A stretch of DNA of 64,000 nt from the human T2T-CHM13v2.0 reference genome, Homo sapiens (GCF_009914755.1 NC_060932.1); one strand, 5' to 3'. Counted from the first letter of the stretch, positions 26,150-40,760 are shown. Notes: generated by a model not told the origin, from the letters alone. Translations and numbers: made by a program.

Positions 26150-26223
26150 CCCCCATGACACAAGTTTACCTGTGTAACAAACTTGCACTTGTATCCCCGA
26201 ACTTGAAATAAAAAGTTAAAAAA
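26150..26223 (+). mobile_element. Very short L1PA (old, about L1PA13-16) 3' tip
   Basis: ccccatgacacaagtttacctgtgtaacaaacttgcacttgtatccccgaacttgaaataaaaagtt. Confidence 0.85.
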
Positions 26224-26532
26224 TGATTTTCAATGTTTTCAATGGAGTGTGAAGGGCCAGCTCCCTTCACTGGGGCTGGGTTGGGACAAGTCACATATCA
26301 GAGTCCCCTGTAGGGTCAGGTGGAAGCTGCCTCTGGGAGTTTGCCTAAGTTTCGGCCTGGCTTGGCTTCCTCTCCTTCTTCAGCAGTTTCCATCAAATTT
26401 ACAACGGAAACCTCTTCAAGTCCTCTAAAGCCCTCTCCATCAAGCAGAACCAGAATGCCCAAACTTAATCCCAGCTCCACCCCTTACTAGCTGGTTGAAC
26501 TTCGCAGTCATGTTATCTGTTATGAACTGTAA

Positions 26533-26928
<396 letters not shown>

Positions 26929-28161
26929 TTTTCTATAATTTATATTTATTTCAATTCAGAATCTGACTCAAACAAAAAGAGAAGGCTAGGTTTTGAGATG
27001 TAATAAAAGATACATTTCAAGGGAAAAGTTTGAACCTACAGAATGTCAGAAAATTCAACATATCAATATTTATAGATTGCTAGTTTGATTCTTTCAAATC
27101 TCTTAATAAAATTGTAAATATCCCAGTGAAAAACGGTATGTTAGAAAATCTCCACTGACAACCCAATTACGGTGCACTCCTGGCAGTTGGAAGAATAACA
27201 TTGCCAGTGGCACTGGGAGCACAGGAGCACTTAAACTGAAATTGGTACATCTGTAAAGACATGCTGAGTTGGGCATCTTAGTGGCAAACACCTCATATCT
27301 GCACACTGATAGCTGGATGATATTTGGTATTGTCACATAAACAATCCTTTGCCATTTGTCATATTTTTGCTTATTTTTATCCAAGAGGAAAATCGCCTTG
27401 CTACCACTTATTTCACCCATAGTTCTGCCTATTGCATCGTCATAGTAATGTGGAATATTTCTGCTGTAAATTTTCTGGTACCAGCCCTGTTTATGAATAT
27501 TTCCCTAAACACATCTCTTCTGTTTGTATGTCATTGGCCCTGTTTTCAAATTAGTCAAGGGCTTATAGAATTAATAGGCTGCATGGCCAGTGTTCAGGTC
27601 TACATTCCCATCCTGGAGGGTTTACGTTAAATATTTGGGCTAAATTATCAAAACAGAAGGCACCCTTTCGTGACATTTTCCAGTGGCTATTCCCAAGGCT
27701 TGGTGTTTGGAGATGAAGGCACTTGCATCTCCAGGGAGGAGACTTTTGGACTTAGATCTTTTGGGTCTGTGCACAATGATTATAAGAGCTCGTGTACAAG
27801 GCATCTGGGAAGGGCTATGCCCATTTTACTTCCGTATACCCGGAGGTGAGCCTCTTCAAAGATACCTTAATCCTGAAAGAGGGGCACAGTGGTGAAAACC
27901 AAAGGGCCAGGTGTAAGACTTTATTCACCATGTAGGGGGCACTCTCATTATCCAAACTTACTGATACTGATGCATAAGAATGAGTTACCGGGAGAGGAAA
28001 GATGTGGTTAAAGTGATAATGCCTATGAACTCCCTGTTTAGCTCAGCGCCTGGTATAGAGTGACAGCTTGATAAAACGTAAGTAATAATAATTATTTCCA
28101 AAATACTCATATGTTTTAAATATTAAATAGGGTTTAAATTGTTTTTTTAAAAAAGGGCAAA

Positions 28162-28473
<312 letters not shown>

Positions 28474-28879
28474 CTATTTATGAAGGAGTATCTATTTTTA
28501 AAAATGACAAAGTTGTTACTGAAAATCCATACACTAGGAATGCAAGTCGTAAAGACCAAGGGTCTTAAGGCCGTTCCATCACCCGTATACAAGGGCCAAG
28601 ATGAAGAGGCCTGGGGGAAGTTTCCATTCAGGAAAACTTGTTTTTTTTTTTTACCAGTAGACCGTCCAAAATGAAGCCTCTCCAGTTCTATGAGCCATGC
28701 CTAGATGGATGGAAAAGTACACCTGTAATAAAAGCAGCCTTTCTTAGCAGCATTTCCCTATTTTCTGCAGAACAGGTGGTAGTTTGTCAGTTTTGACTGA
28801 CATGTAAGTGCTAGGGAAACAAAGATAAACCACATGGGGGACAGGGGAGACACCACCACTTCACCAGGAGCCGCTGATG

Positions 28880-29100
28880 TCTAGGCTCCTGCTGGATCCA
28901 AACCCCATCTATACCATTTAAGAGAGGTGGGATCTTGGGAAGTTACTTTACTTCTTCCCTCCCCATTTTTGCTTTCATAAAATGGAGAGTATGACAATGA
29001 TGTTACCTCTCTCACAGCACGGCAGTGAGTATTAAATAAAGCCATTTAGCGAAAGTACCTAACTCCATGATTGCTCCGTGTTCAGCATTCAAATAATGTT
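28880..29100 (+). mobile_element. MIR
   Basis: ggatccaaacccca..atcttgggaagttactt..ttcataaaatggag..gtgagtattaaataa. Confidence 0.6.
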
Positions 29101-29352
29101 AGTCGTACGCACTTAGAAGCCCAAATCCCCAACTTCCCATTTATTTCTGGAAAAGTTAGCCCATTTACCTACTTAAGATCTTGTGGAAATAGAAGCTGTG
29201 CAGATGAAGAGAAGGGGATGGGGTTGTCATAGGAGGAACAAGGCTGATACTAAGAGAAGTAGACACATTGGACAAAGATGGCGCATTGTGGTCAACTGTG
29301 TTCCGTCTGCTCAGGAACTCTACTAAATCAGAAATAAAATGATAGTTAATTA

Positions 29353-29431
29353 GTGTGTGTGTGAGAGCGTGTGTGCACGTGTATCTGTGTATGTGTGAGT
29401 GTGTGAAAGTGGGAGCGTGTGTGTGTGTGCA
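29353..29431. repeat. Degenerate (TG)n tract
   Basis: Visible. Confidence 0.85.
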
Positions 29432-29625
29432 CGTAAAATAAAATGGTTAGATGGTAACACAATGTCCTGACATTTACCGGTAACATCTTATCTACTGCAT
29501 GAACTCCCAGCCATAGGCAGTTTGGCGCGATCTGTGCTTAGCATTGCTACCTTCTTAGCAAATTAGAAAAGCTTAAAATTGCAAATATCCACTTCAAATT
29601 TTTCTAAAAGTCTCTTGTACTTCAG

Positions 29626-29665
29626 GATACAGAAGATTTAATATTTTTGCACGTTTCTTTTTCAG
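29626..29665 (+). other. Candidate 40-nt exon whose 3' end is also a polypyrimidine-CAG|GT site
   Basis: tctcttgtacttcag|GATAC...ttttgcacgtttctttttCAG|gtatgt in TE-free sequence. Confidence 0.3.
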
Positions 29666-31272
29666 GTATGTATGTAATCGTTTTCACTTGTAACTTATTT
29701 TTAAATGCAAGTTAAAATGGATTCCAAGGACAGTATATATTGCCAATAACAGTCTTGTTGAACTGTTTTATGGGACAATAATCTGGCATCCTAGTGGTGA
29801 AAACCAGCCATCAACCTCACAGTTAATTCAGTAGGGAGGTGTATTAATGGTTCATAAAATATCACAACAGTATTATTATGACTAAACACTAGGTAAAGCT
29901 TTTTTGATATTTCAGTTGTGCTTTATCAAAAAGAATATATATATATACATATATATATGAATGAATAAAGAATATCTGACACCATGCGAAGCACATATAA
30001 TTATTTTTCCTTTAAAGGTTTAAAATACTGAAACCCCAAATAGAGCTGGACTTTATGCCTCCAGTAAAGGTAATTAGGTTGTAAATGCCGATCTTGCTAA
30101 TGCTAATGAGTGATTTACTAGGAATAAATTGTGCTTAACTGTATTTAGAATGCAATCCACATAATCAGAACTGACTGGTAAATTAGCACCAGTCAAAATT
30201 ATCAGTATAGAGCATGGATGGCAAGTGAAAAAGAAAAAAAAACAGTAAAGTCCTTGTTGAACTCATGCATGCATCTATGAAGAGATCAAATCTTAAAATC
30301 TCAAGTGCTACGAGTCTAAGAAATCATTTACTTCGTGCCCCTTCTTTACTATAAAACATACAATTTTATTAGCTCTCTTGGCAATGCAGTGTGGTGGTTC
30401 AGAATCCTGATAAGAGAATGTTCTTTTTAATGTCTAATCTAAATCCCCTTTGCGGCAATTTCAGCCAATCTCTGCTTTGCAGTCTCTCAGCAGAAATAAA
30501 TTTCCACTCTTCCCTCCTTCTGTCGCTATATGGCTGTTTTCTAACCTAAGGATCTCTTTCCACCCTCACTCAATTGCACATATGAGAAATGCGGAAGACG
30601 GAATTGTAGAGTATATTATTTTATGATATGTAAAGGGTTGATTACAGAAGTGCCAACACAAGCCTTTTGTTTTCTCCTACTCTTTGCTTTAATTCATTTC
30701 TAAAATAATTTACTTCTCATATAGTATATGTTCATAGAAGTGGTTTTGCTTTACTCTTTTGCTTATTAAGAACTTTTTTTTAACTTCGCAGATTTTCTCC
30801 GTCTCGTGGAAGATCTGCAAATGTATCAACTTATGTATACAAACCATCTTCTATAGATTTAAGGATAAGTGTGTGTGAGCAGAGAAAGAGGGCAAAAAGT
30901 AAAAAGGGAGATTTCCAAATTATTCTTAGGAAATGTTGAGTGACATTTCCAGATTTACATTGAGCATTTGTGAAATTAATTAATTACAGTGGCTTAATAT
31001 GTTTTTCACTGTTGATTCTTATCCAGGAACCTGTAACTCTTCAGAAATCAATCATTTTTTCAATTTCTTAAAATCGAGATACTGATGAAGTTAAACTTAC
31101 CAACAATCTATCTTTTCCTCTCATTTGTTCACTTGCAGTAGAAATGCATTGTGTGCCTGTTATGTATCCAGTGCTACTCTGTCTAAACGGTGCTCTCTGG
31201 ACTGGTATTGCTCCTTGCTATTGTTACTCTTAAGACTGAATGAATCCTGAAATGTTGATGTGTTTTGCACAC

Positions 31273-31305
31273 GTGTATGTGTGTGTGTGTGTGTCTGTGT
31301 GTGTA
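31273..31305. repeat. (TG)n microsatellite at the L1 tail position
   Basis: Visible. Confidence 0.9.
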
Positions 31306-31440
31306 TTTAACAGCTTTATAGAGGTATATGTGCCATAAAATTCACCTCTTTAAGTGTATAATTCAATAATTTTTACTAAATTTACAGAATTATGTGACCC
31401 TCATCACCATCTAATTTTAGAACATTTTCATCACCTTCAA
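31306..31440 (-). mobile_element. L1MB/MC 3' end fragment
   Basis: tttaacagctttatagaggtata..aaaattcacc..taagtgtataattcaat..ttttagaacattttcatcacc. Confidence 0.85.
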
Positions 31441-32867
31441 GATATGTGTGTTATACAGTCTGTTTTGTATGGTCTGCTTTGTATAACTATCTCTTTTCAA
31501 ATTTTTGTCACTCAAGGGAAAATCTGGAGCTAACATATGAATTCAGCATGTGTGATAATGAAGATATTTTCTTATACAAAATAAACTAATTTCAATATGT
31601 ATAAAAGTGTCATCTAAAGCACATGTTCTCATAGCAAAACAAAACGCTCATCATTTTTAATATAATACCCTTCTAGTAAACTATGTTTGATGTGCTGTAC
31701 ATTCTCAACAAGGACAGCTCCATGAATAGGCAGAATTCAGTGAGATTTTGCCCTTGACCTTTAAAGGTTTCTCTTTCATGGCTTCAAAATGGAATTTAAT
31801 GTCCTGGGCTCTCTGGCTTCCAGCTTTACTTTCTTACTAACCCCAGAGATAACTCTACATATATGTAGAGATTTTATGTTAAAGTTTCTAATGCTAAACT
31901 CTGTAGGAAGCAGACAAAAGGCAATACAACTAGAACAGCTGAGAATGCTACAAAGTTTTAAATATTTTATTATCTATCTTACATTCATGGTGCATGCTCT
32001 TTAGTGCTGGGCTCTTATTTTATTTAGATGGTGCTATACTTGTCCTTGAAGCTGCAAAAGCAATAGTAGTATAGTTAAAATTACATTTTCTCCCTGAATA
32101 AAATTAAATATAATCAATATAAAGAATGAGATAGGGGATCGCTAAAACTTAACCAAGGTATTGTTTTATATGTACTTAAATTCAAACTAAAGAAGCTAGA
32201 TTTTGATGTTTTAGCAGAAAAGCTCATGTGTATGTGCAATATACTCTGTATTTTGAAATAATACATTATTAAAGGATATAGTCTCAAGGAACTGACAAAA
32301 GGAAAGTGAGAAGCAAGCCTGCTGAGCGTGTCCCTAGCACTATTTGGGACAAATGTGCTAGCCATTGTGTGTGGCAAGTATACAAATTCCCGTATTAAAG
32401 AGTGTTGTGTTCATGTATTACAGTCTAATGACATTGCCTAATAGGACCATCCTGCTAAGACACTTTGATATGATTTTGTGATCACCAACCGATCCTGATT
32501 ATAATGTGCATTACAGTAAGCCCCTATAAAAAGAGATTTCAACAGTGAATAGAAGTCGATGCTTCATATTACTATTGTCAATATCAATTAAGTCACCACG
32601 TTAGCGTATTAGCCTTAAACTTTGCTTATTTGGTTATGCCAGTTCAAACTCTAATACTAAATGATCTTGGGACAAAATGAATTATAAAATTTCCAAATCT
32701 CAAGGCTGAAGATAATTTATTGGCATACCTTAACATACCAAGAAAATTCCTTGAAATTCAGTTACCATATTAAGGTAATGCCACTCGAGGAAACCCACTG
32801 GGGTAACATTGCTAAGCTCCTCACCAATTTCAACTTTGTTTCATCTCAAAATTGAATCATGGAAGTG

Positions 32868-33180
32868 GAGTGCTTCTACACACTGAGGTGCACAAAGTCT
32901 CTCTTGGGTGTGCGGGATGGAGAGTTTAGGGGAAGCAGTTTCCAAATCCCCTATTTGCATATGTTCCCTTTCTTAACATTCTCCCTCTGAGCTGTGACTG
33001 CAGTTTGCCAATTCTTTCTCCCAACATCCCCCTTTACATTGCCTTCCCTGCCACTTCTCAAAAGATAGATGTGCTTCTCTTCCACCTGGAGTCTGATTAT
33101 GGTTCATCGCCTGGGTTGGAAAAATACATCCAGGAACCAGAAATGTAGATCTTTCAGAAAGTATTGTTTCTCATAGAGAG
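32868..33180. mobile_element. Possible ancient hAT-Charlie-type fragment
   Basis: Begins with a cagtgcttct-like TIR (gagtgcttctacacactgaggtgcac); weak resemblance overall. Confidence 0.35.
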
Positions 33181-36100
33181 CCCATGAAGAACAAAACAAA
33201 GAGAGGATATATATATATCTCCCTGAGCAGGGCTCAGGGGCCTCCTCCTGGGTCACCTCATCTTTGCACCAGACTTCCTCTTGTTGTTCTTCCTCATCAT
33301 GAAATTTCTGGAGGGGAAAGACACTTCAGCTTTTGCCGCAAATTTGTTGGGGGTGCTTCTGGTGGGTACTGAGGATGAACTAGAGGGTGCGGACGCCAGC
33401 ACAGTTCATCAGCGTCAACTCCATCCTTCCGCAGTTCCTGGTGCTCTTTGGCAGCCTGGCGGCTCTGTTCTGGGATGCCTGTCTGGCCTCCCTGGGGAAG
33501 TGAAGACAGCTGGGAGAACATCTGGTGCACTGTGGACAGGGGTCTAGGGGGGTCTCACCCACCCACTGGGAGAGCAGAACCAGCCCAGTCAGGACTTCAT
33601 TGACTCTAAATCATGAAAATGATGGATGGAGAAATAGAAATGTCCTGGTGTCAGAACCTTGTCTTTTAAAAAGGCAGTAGCTAACTTCCGATGGTGCTGC
33701 CTTAGAAACTTAAAATGTGGTGGAGACTATTTCACTTATTACCTTGGACTCAATTGGGATCACAATAAATAATAAATAATGAAATACATATAAATGGGAA
33801 GCTGTTTATTCTTTGTAGGCAACAAAAACTCAAGGTTCAGCCTCCCATCATACAACCGCACAGTCACCCACTCAACAAACAGAAACTGTATTTTAAAGGA
33901 TGCCCTTCTTTTGCTACACTGAATGCCAAAGTTTTCAGTCTCAGTAAATATATTTCAGCTATTTGGAGGAAAGTATGAATTGTGTATGTCACCCAAGCAA
34001 TTCAAACATATTTCTATTTCATAAGTGTCTTATTTTAGGAAGAATTTGATATTTTTGTTTACTGCAAATTTTGTAGTTTTGTTTACTCCGCTAAATTTTA
34101 AATTTTTGTCTACCACAAAAATAATGTAATTTTTATTGCTAAATTTTAAAACTTATTGATGTTAACATAAATTTATGTTAACATTTAAAATGATGTATGT
34201 TAACATTTAAAATGTTTTTACATTCGACGGAAAGAAATGCAAAACAATCATTTTGTTCAGTGAATTGGATGAAAAAGAGGAAAACTATTGAAATGACCTG
34301 ATATGAAATTACTGTTTGTTTGTGAAGCTCTTCTGTGAATGGAGTCAACGTATTAGCAGCGGTGACTTTAATATTGTTTTTTATATGCACAAGAAAACAT
34401 AGCTTCCAAAATGAACCTTAATTTAGAAGAACAATCTTTTGATCTGAATGAAATGTTGCGCTTTCTGAAGTGCTGGCTCGGTAACCCCGATGCAGTTGCT
34501 TGGGTTAGATAGTCATCTTTGGGTCAAGCCTTCTCAAAGTAATTATCTACCTCTGAGGCTGGAAACATAAAATGAAGTCTTGTTAAAGCCATTCTAATTC
34601 AACTATAAATATCATACTTCATTTAACATTGCGAAATCCTGAGGACATTCTAAACCAGGCCAGGCACTAAGACATGATTGTAAGCTGGGTTACAAGCTGA
34701 CGCTAGGCAAAGCATTTACGATGTTGCTGTGTCGTAATAAGCACATAAATGTTTGATAATTATTCTTTAAGTTTGACTGCATTACTACCACAAAATAAGC
34801 CTTATTTGGCTGGCAAGTCTTACAGTTAGACTGGCTTTTCATTGCCACTTTAAGTCATGTGTAAAACGTACTTTTTTATTTCTTTATTAGTTTCTCTGAA
34901 ATCTATATGCATCTTATTAACCCGGTCAACCACGTAGCAGTATGGGCATAGTTGTCATTGCGTGCACATGAGTGAAATTACTTGCCATTCTTGTCATATG
35001 GCTGGAAAACTACATGTTTTAGTCGATAGTTTAATGATCATTTTAGGAAGGAATATAATAAGTGGATTACCTACATGCCTTCCAATGATGCTATCTGGGA
35101 AAATCATGTAAATACAAGTGTCAACTGCTTATGAGGAAATCTTGGAGTCAGTAATTCAGCACTCTTCAGAAATGCAGGAGCACTACAAATGCTCAGGAAA
35201 TGGCAAAGGATGGGTAATGTGGGGGAAAAAAAAAGAGAGAGAGAAAGAGTAGATTGTCTTGAATTGAAGAATAACTGGACTTGAGTTGAACAAGTAGAAC
35301 TATGAATCTGAAAAAGTGTTAATAGTAACTGTGGGTGTCAGTCATGTTTTCCATTTGATAAAGCACAGGAGAGATCTATAATAAAAATGCACAGCAAATA
35401 ATTCTAAAAGACCTCTTTTAAAATATATAGAGTAAAAGTTGAGATGAAATGAAATAATTGCACAGCCTTTTATTTAACATCATGTCTCTTTGTTATTGCT
35501 ATATATATTTTAGATGTTTAGATTTCTCTTCTCTTTTCTTTATGATAAAATTTCACTATTATTTTAAATCCTTGTTAATGGACTCTTTTAATGCTGTGTC
35601 TGCAGTGATAGAAATTTACAGACTTTTTTATCTTCATAGCTAGCTCCGTCACAAAATAAAGTAGTTGTCACTTAAAAATATTTCTTCAACTAAAATAAAA
35701 ATGCAACCAAGACTGAGCAAGATATGTAAACTAGAGTTTGTTTGAATCTCATTTTTTATAATAATGATTTTTTCAATGCATTTGTGTTTTTCTTTTTTCC
35801 TTTATTCTTCCTTCCATCCTTCTTTTCTTCTTTTCTCTCTTCTTTCCTTTGTCCTTAACTTACTCACTATGTGTGATCTATCCTGTAAGGCAGTTTGCAG
35901 GAAGTGGGTAAGTTACACTTGTGGGAAAAGTACTGAGTGGAGGGCATGGTGCTGACCCCCATACAGCACAAGGAGGCCCAGACCTTTGTTCCTCGGGCGT
36001 ACATTGAAGTGACAAAGCAAACTCCCTCCCAGGCATCCAGGTGAGTCAACGACATGATAAAGGCAATTCACATTTTATTGTCCACTGCTTCATTCTGGGA

Positions 36101-36319
36101 AATATTATTCAGATCAACTATTGGCATTCTGCAAAACATCTTTAGTCAGTCAGTTTTCTACGTGTATAAATAAAGCAATTGTACTCATTCATATAAGATT
36201 TTAGCATAAATGTTTAGTACATTGTCAGATCTAGTATATTTTAGTGCATAAATCCGCTACTTGGAATATATTTGACATTTAAAAATAAAGCAGATTTCAG
36301 TGAGCTTTTATTGGGGGAT

Positions 36320-38062
36320 TATCAAGAAGGTGACTCAAAAGTTTATATGGACAGGAAAATGGCCCAGAAAAGCCAACAATATTGCCAGAGAAAAACAAAG
36401 TTGGAGGCTAACATTACCCAACTGAATGACTTACCGTGAAGCTACAATAACCAAGGCAATGTGGTGTTCTTGTCTTTATTGAATAGACAAATATATCTGA
36501 AAAATACATAAATAGAACAGTGGAACAAAATACATAGCCCAGAAGTAGACTCATGTAAATATACTCAAGTGATATTTGACAAAGAAGCAAAGACAGTACA
36601 ATGGAGAAAAGACAGCCTTATCAATAAATGGTGCTAGAACAACTGCTCAGCCGCATTTTAAGAAATGAACGTAGGCATAGACACTACCCTTCAAAAAATT
36701 GTCTCCAACGAATCATATACCTAAATGTAAAATGGGAAACTATAAAACTCCTAGAATAGAACCTAGGAGAAAATTCTAGATGACCTTGGGTATGGCAATG
36801 GCCTTTTAGATTCAACACCAGACACAACCCATGAAAGGAACAATCACAAATTGGACTATACTAAAATTTAAAATTTCTGTACTTTGAAAGGCAGTGTCAA
36901 GAAATGAGAAGGTAAGCCACAGACCAGGAGTAAATATTTGTGAGACACATTTGGTAGAGGACCGTTATCCAAAATATATAAAGAACTTTAACAATTCAGC
37001 ATTAAGAACACAAACAATCCAATTTAAAAACCAGCCAAAAAACTTAATAGACACTTTCCCACAGAAGATATGCAGATGACAAGTAAGCATATGAGAAGAT
37101 GCTCCACGTTACATGTCATCAATGAGATACAAATTGAATGAGCAACGACGTGCCACCACACACACCTGGGAGAATGACCAAAATCCAGAATAACGATAGC
37201 ATCAAATGCTGGTGAGGGTGTGGAGCAGCAGAAAGCTCATGCATTGTTCCTGGTAAAATGCAAAATGCTTCATCCACTTTGGAAGTTTGACAGTCTTCCA
37301 AACTGGGAAACGTACTCTCACCGTGCAACCCAGCAATCGTGCTCACCGTTATTTAACCAAAGGAGTTGAAAACTTATGCCCACGTAAAAACCTGGCCACA
37401 GATGTTTGTTGCAGCTTTGTTCATAATTGCCAAAGCCTGGGAGCAACAAACATGTCTTCAGGGGGTGAATGGATGTACTGTGGTACATCTAGACAATGGA
37501 ACATTATCCGGCACTAAAAAGAAATGAGCTTTCGAGCCATGAAAAGACATGGAAGAACCTTAAATACATATTCCCAAGTGAAAGAAGACAACCTGAGAAA
37601 GCTATACACCGTATGATTCCAACAACATGACTTTCTAGAAACGGTAAAACAATGGGGACAGTAAAAATACTGGTGGTTTCCAGGAGTGAGGGAGGAGGGA
37701 GGCATAAACAGGCACAGAACAGAGGATTTGTAAGGATCTGTAAGGTAGCAAAGCTGCTCCATATGCATAGTTTCTGTGCCACAGCACACTAGGATAAATA
37801 ATTGGTGGATGCACATCATTACACATTTTTCCATTCTCATGGAACATACAACACCAAGTGTAAATCCTAATGTAAACTAGGTACTCTGGGTGGTAACGAT
37901 ATATCAATTTACGTTCATCTATTACAACAAATGCACCACTTTGGGAGAAGATGGTGATAATGGGGTAGGCTGTGTCTGAATGGGGGCAGGGGATATATAT
38001 GTGCTGTCTGTATCCTGCTTTCAATTTTGCTATGAACAAAAATTAACAAATAAAGTCTATCT
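36320..38062 (+). mobile_element. L1MC1-like LINE-1, ORF2 3' part and 3'UTR
   Basis: aaaacaaagttggagg..; tttgacaaagaagcaaagac..; diagnostic 3' end caacaccaag..cctaatgtaaact..aacaaatgcaccact..tcaattttgctatgaac..aaataaagtctat. Confidence 0.9.
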
Positions 38063-38070
38063 TTTTTTTA

Positions 38071-38457
<387 letters not shown>

Positions 38458-39059
38458 TCAGTGTGCCAAAGTAATCTTTGCAACTCCATATATACCTCCT
38501 GGAGCATAAGAGAATAAAATTTGAATACCTTCAAGACCTCTACAAAAATAGTTGATTCAGCTGATTCACAGTAAAATTACCATGAGCTGCTCCTACAGAG
38601 AAATATACTATTAACCTAGTTTCTGATGTTCTGCAAGGAGCAACAGATTTTGAAAAGATAAGTATGTCGAAATCTATGAGGTGTATTTCTAGCAGTAACA
38701 CATTTGTTCAGATAAAATAGTTTGACATGAAAATGAGAACAAGAGAAATAAAGAGTTCTTAAAATGTGAGAACGCTTCGTGGAAATGACCAAGGAAAAGT
38801 GAAGCCAAATGACTGTAATTAGCTCCTCAGAAAACAACTTCCACGTGCACCTTTCTCCCTCTGTGACCTCCTCCTGCCCCCTTGTCTTTGTGATTTCTTC
38901 TAGCTGTTTATTCATTGCTTCACCTCCTTAATATTCAAAGGCTCAGCCAGTTGTTCCTTCTCCTTTCCTTTGCAAGAGTAAAATTAATTTAGAATATTTA
39001 TACAAATGAATATTTAAAATGCTGCCACACATCTTTCTTTTACCCCTCAAATTGTTCTC

Positions 39060-39475
39060 TACTGCTCATCTGCTTCCTGCTTCAGGAAACTGACCTTTGG
39101 GGAATCCTTTCACAGGTCCTTCTGCCCCTGGGGCTTTGAGTTGTTTTCCATGGATTGGCACCACCATGAAAAGATAAGAGAGGGTAAGTGCATTTAAGGC
39201 AGGTTGCTTGTATTGCTGATTCCCCCTCTGTTCTGCTGCCTGTGTCGCTGGACTGAAAGTAACTACATCTCTCAAGGCAGCCTCCACTATCTGTCTCCTT
39301 TCTTCCAGTTCCAGTGATGACTCTATTCTTTCTCTCCTCCCCTTTCAGCCTAGGGATAGCAACAGCTTAGCTACTACTGGGTTAGCTGTCAGCACCACAT
39401 CTTCTGGTTTCTATGCCTTTGCTATTCTGAATAATCTATTCACAAACAAGCCCTCTGAATCATTCTGGTTTTGAA
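39060..39475 (+). mobile_element. LTR33-like ERVL LTR
   Basis: cagttccagt..cccctttcagcctagggatagcaacagct..ctactgg..caccacatc..tggtttc. Confidence 0.55.
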
Positions 39476-39479
39476 ATAA

Positions 39480-40760
39480 TACTGTATGTTTTATAGAAGT
39501 TGCCTTTTTTCACTCAATTTCTCATTCTAGTCATTTACCTGTATTATTGCCTATAAAATATTTTTACATTTTTCAATTGAATTATATATTTTATACTTCA
39601 TGTATCATTTACATTGGTGGTGAACCAGTGCATTTTTTCTACCATTTTGCTTTTAAGCATTTGCAACTGTAGGTATGTTTGCACATATCTTCTGGAACAT
39701 ATGACTGTCTGGGCTCTATCGCTAGCTTGATGAGTTACAGCGTGTACACATGTTCAGTTTTAACAGATGATATGGTTTGGCTCTGTGTCCCCACCAAAAT
39801 CTCATGCTGAATTGTAATTCACAATGGAGGAGGGGCCTGCTGGGAGGTGATTGAATCATGGGGACAGACATCCTCCTTGCTGTTCTCACAAGGTATGGTT
39901 GTTTGATAAATCTGTGGCTCTTCCCCCTGCTCTCTGTCTTTCTCTTTCTCTTGCTCCACCATGGTAAGATGTGCTCACTTCCCCTTCACCTTCGGCCATG
40001 ATTGTAAGTTTCCTGAGGCCGCCCAGCATTGCTTCCTGTACAGCCTGTGGAGCTGTGAGTCAAATAAACCTCTTTCCTTCATAAATTACCCAGTCTCAGG
40101 TAGTTCTCTATAACATTGTGAGAATGGAGTAATACAACAGACAATCCCAGTTATTTTTCTGGGTGCATTTCCAAAGTGACTATCTTTTTTTAACCACAAG
40201 AAGTATACAAAAGTTCCAAGAACACTACTTCCTTGCCAACACCTAAAATTGTCCATCTTTAGAATTTTTAGAAATTCAGTCCTGGTAAAAGTTTTTTTAT
40301 TGAAGATTTAATTTGCAGTTCCTTAAAAACGAGTCAGGTTGCAAATCTCTTCATGAGATTTTTTCCTTCAAGTCTTCCATTCTTTTTTTTTTCTAATGGA
40401 ATATTGACATTTTCTTACTATTTTCTAAGACTTAAAAATTCCAGGCTCTAAATCTTTTTGTAAATTATATGTTTGATAAATAACTCTCCCAATTATGGGA
40501 CTTCACTGTTTACTTTTTTACTGAAGATTTTGATGAAGATAAGTTGTTAATTTTAACGTCTTTGGAACTTATTTCTGAAGTTTTATGTCTGAATTAAAAA
40601 TGTATTTTTCTAACATGATATCATGAACAAATTATGTTTTATATTCTCCAATTTCATAATTCTGCCTGTCATCTTGATGCTTTGATTGACCTCATGATAA
40701 CTGTCTTCAACTATTTCTCGCCAATAGTGCCTAATTGGCTGTTGAACCCAGTCACTGTAG
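39480..40760 (-). mobile_element. Decayed L1ME-type fragments, interrupted by MST
   Basis: gcctttttttcactcaa..; ccttgccaacac..; ttaatttgca..; ttttgatgaa..aagttgttaattttaa. Confidence 0.6.
39768..40136 (+). mobile_element. MST (MSTA/B-like) MaLR solo LTR with perfect 5-bp TSD
   Basis: tgatatggtttggctctgtgtcccc...aataca; TSD ACAGA at 39763-39767 and 40137-40141. Confidence 0.96.
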
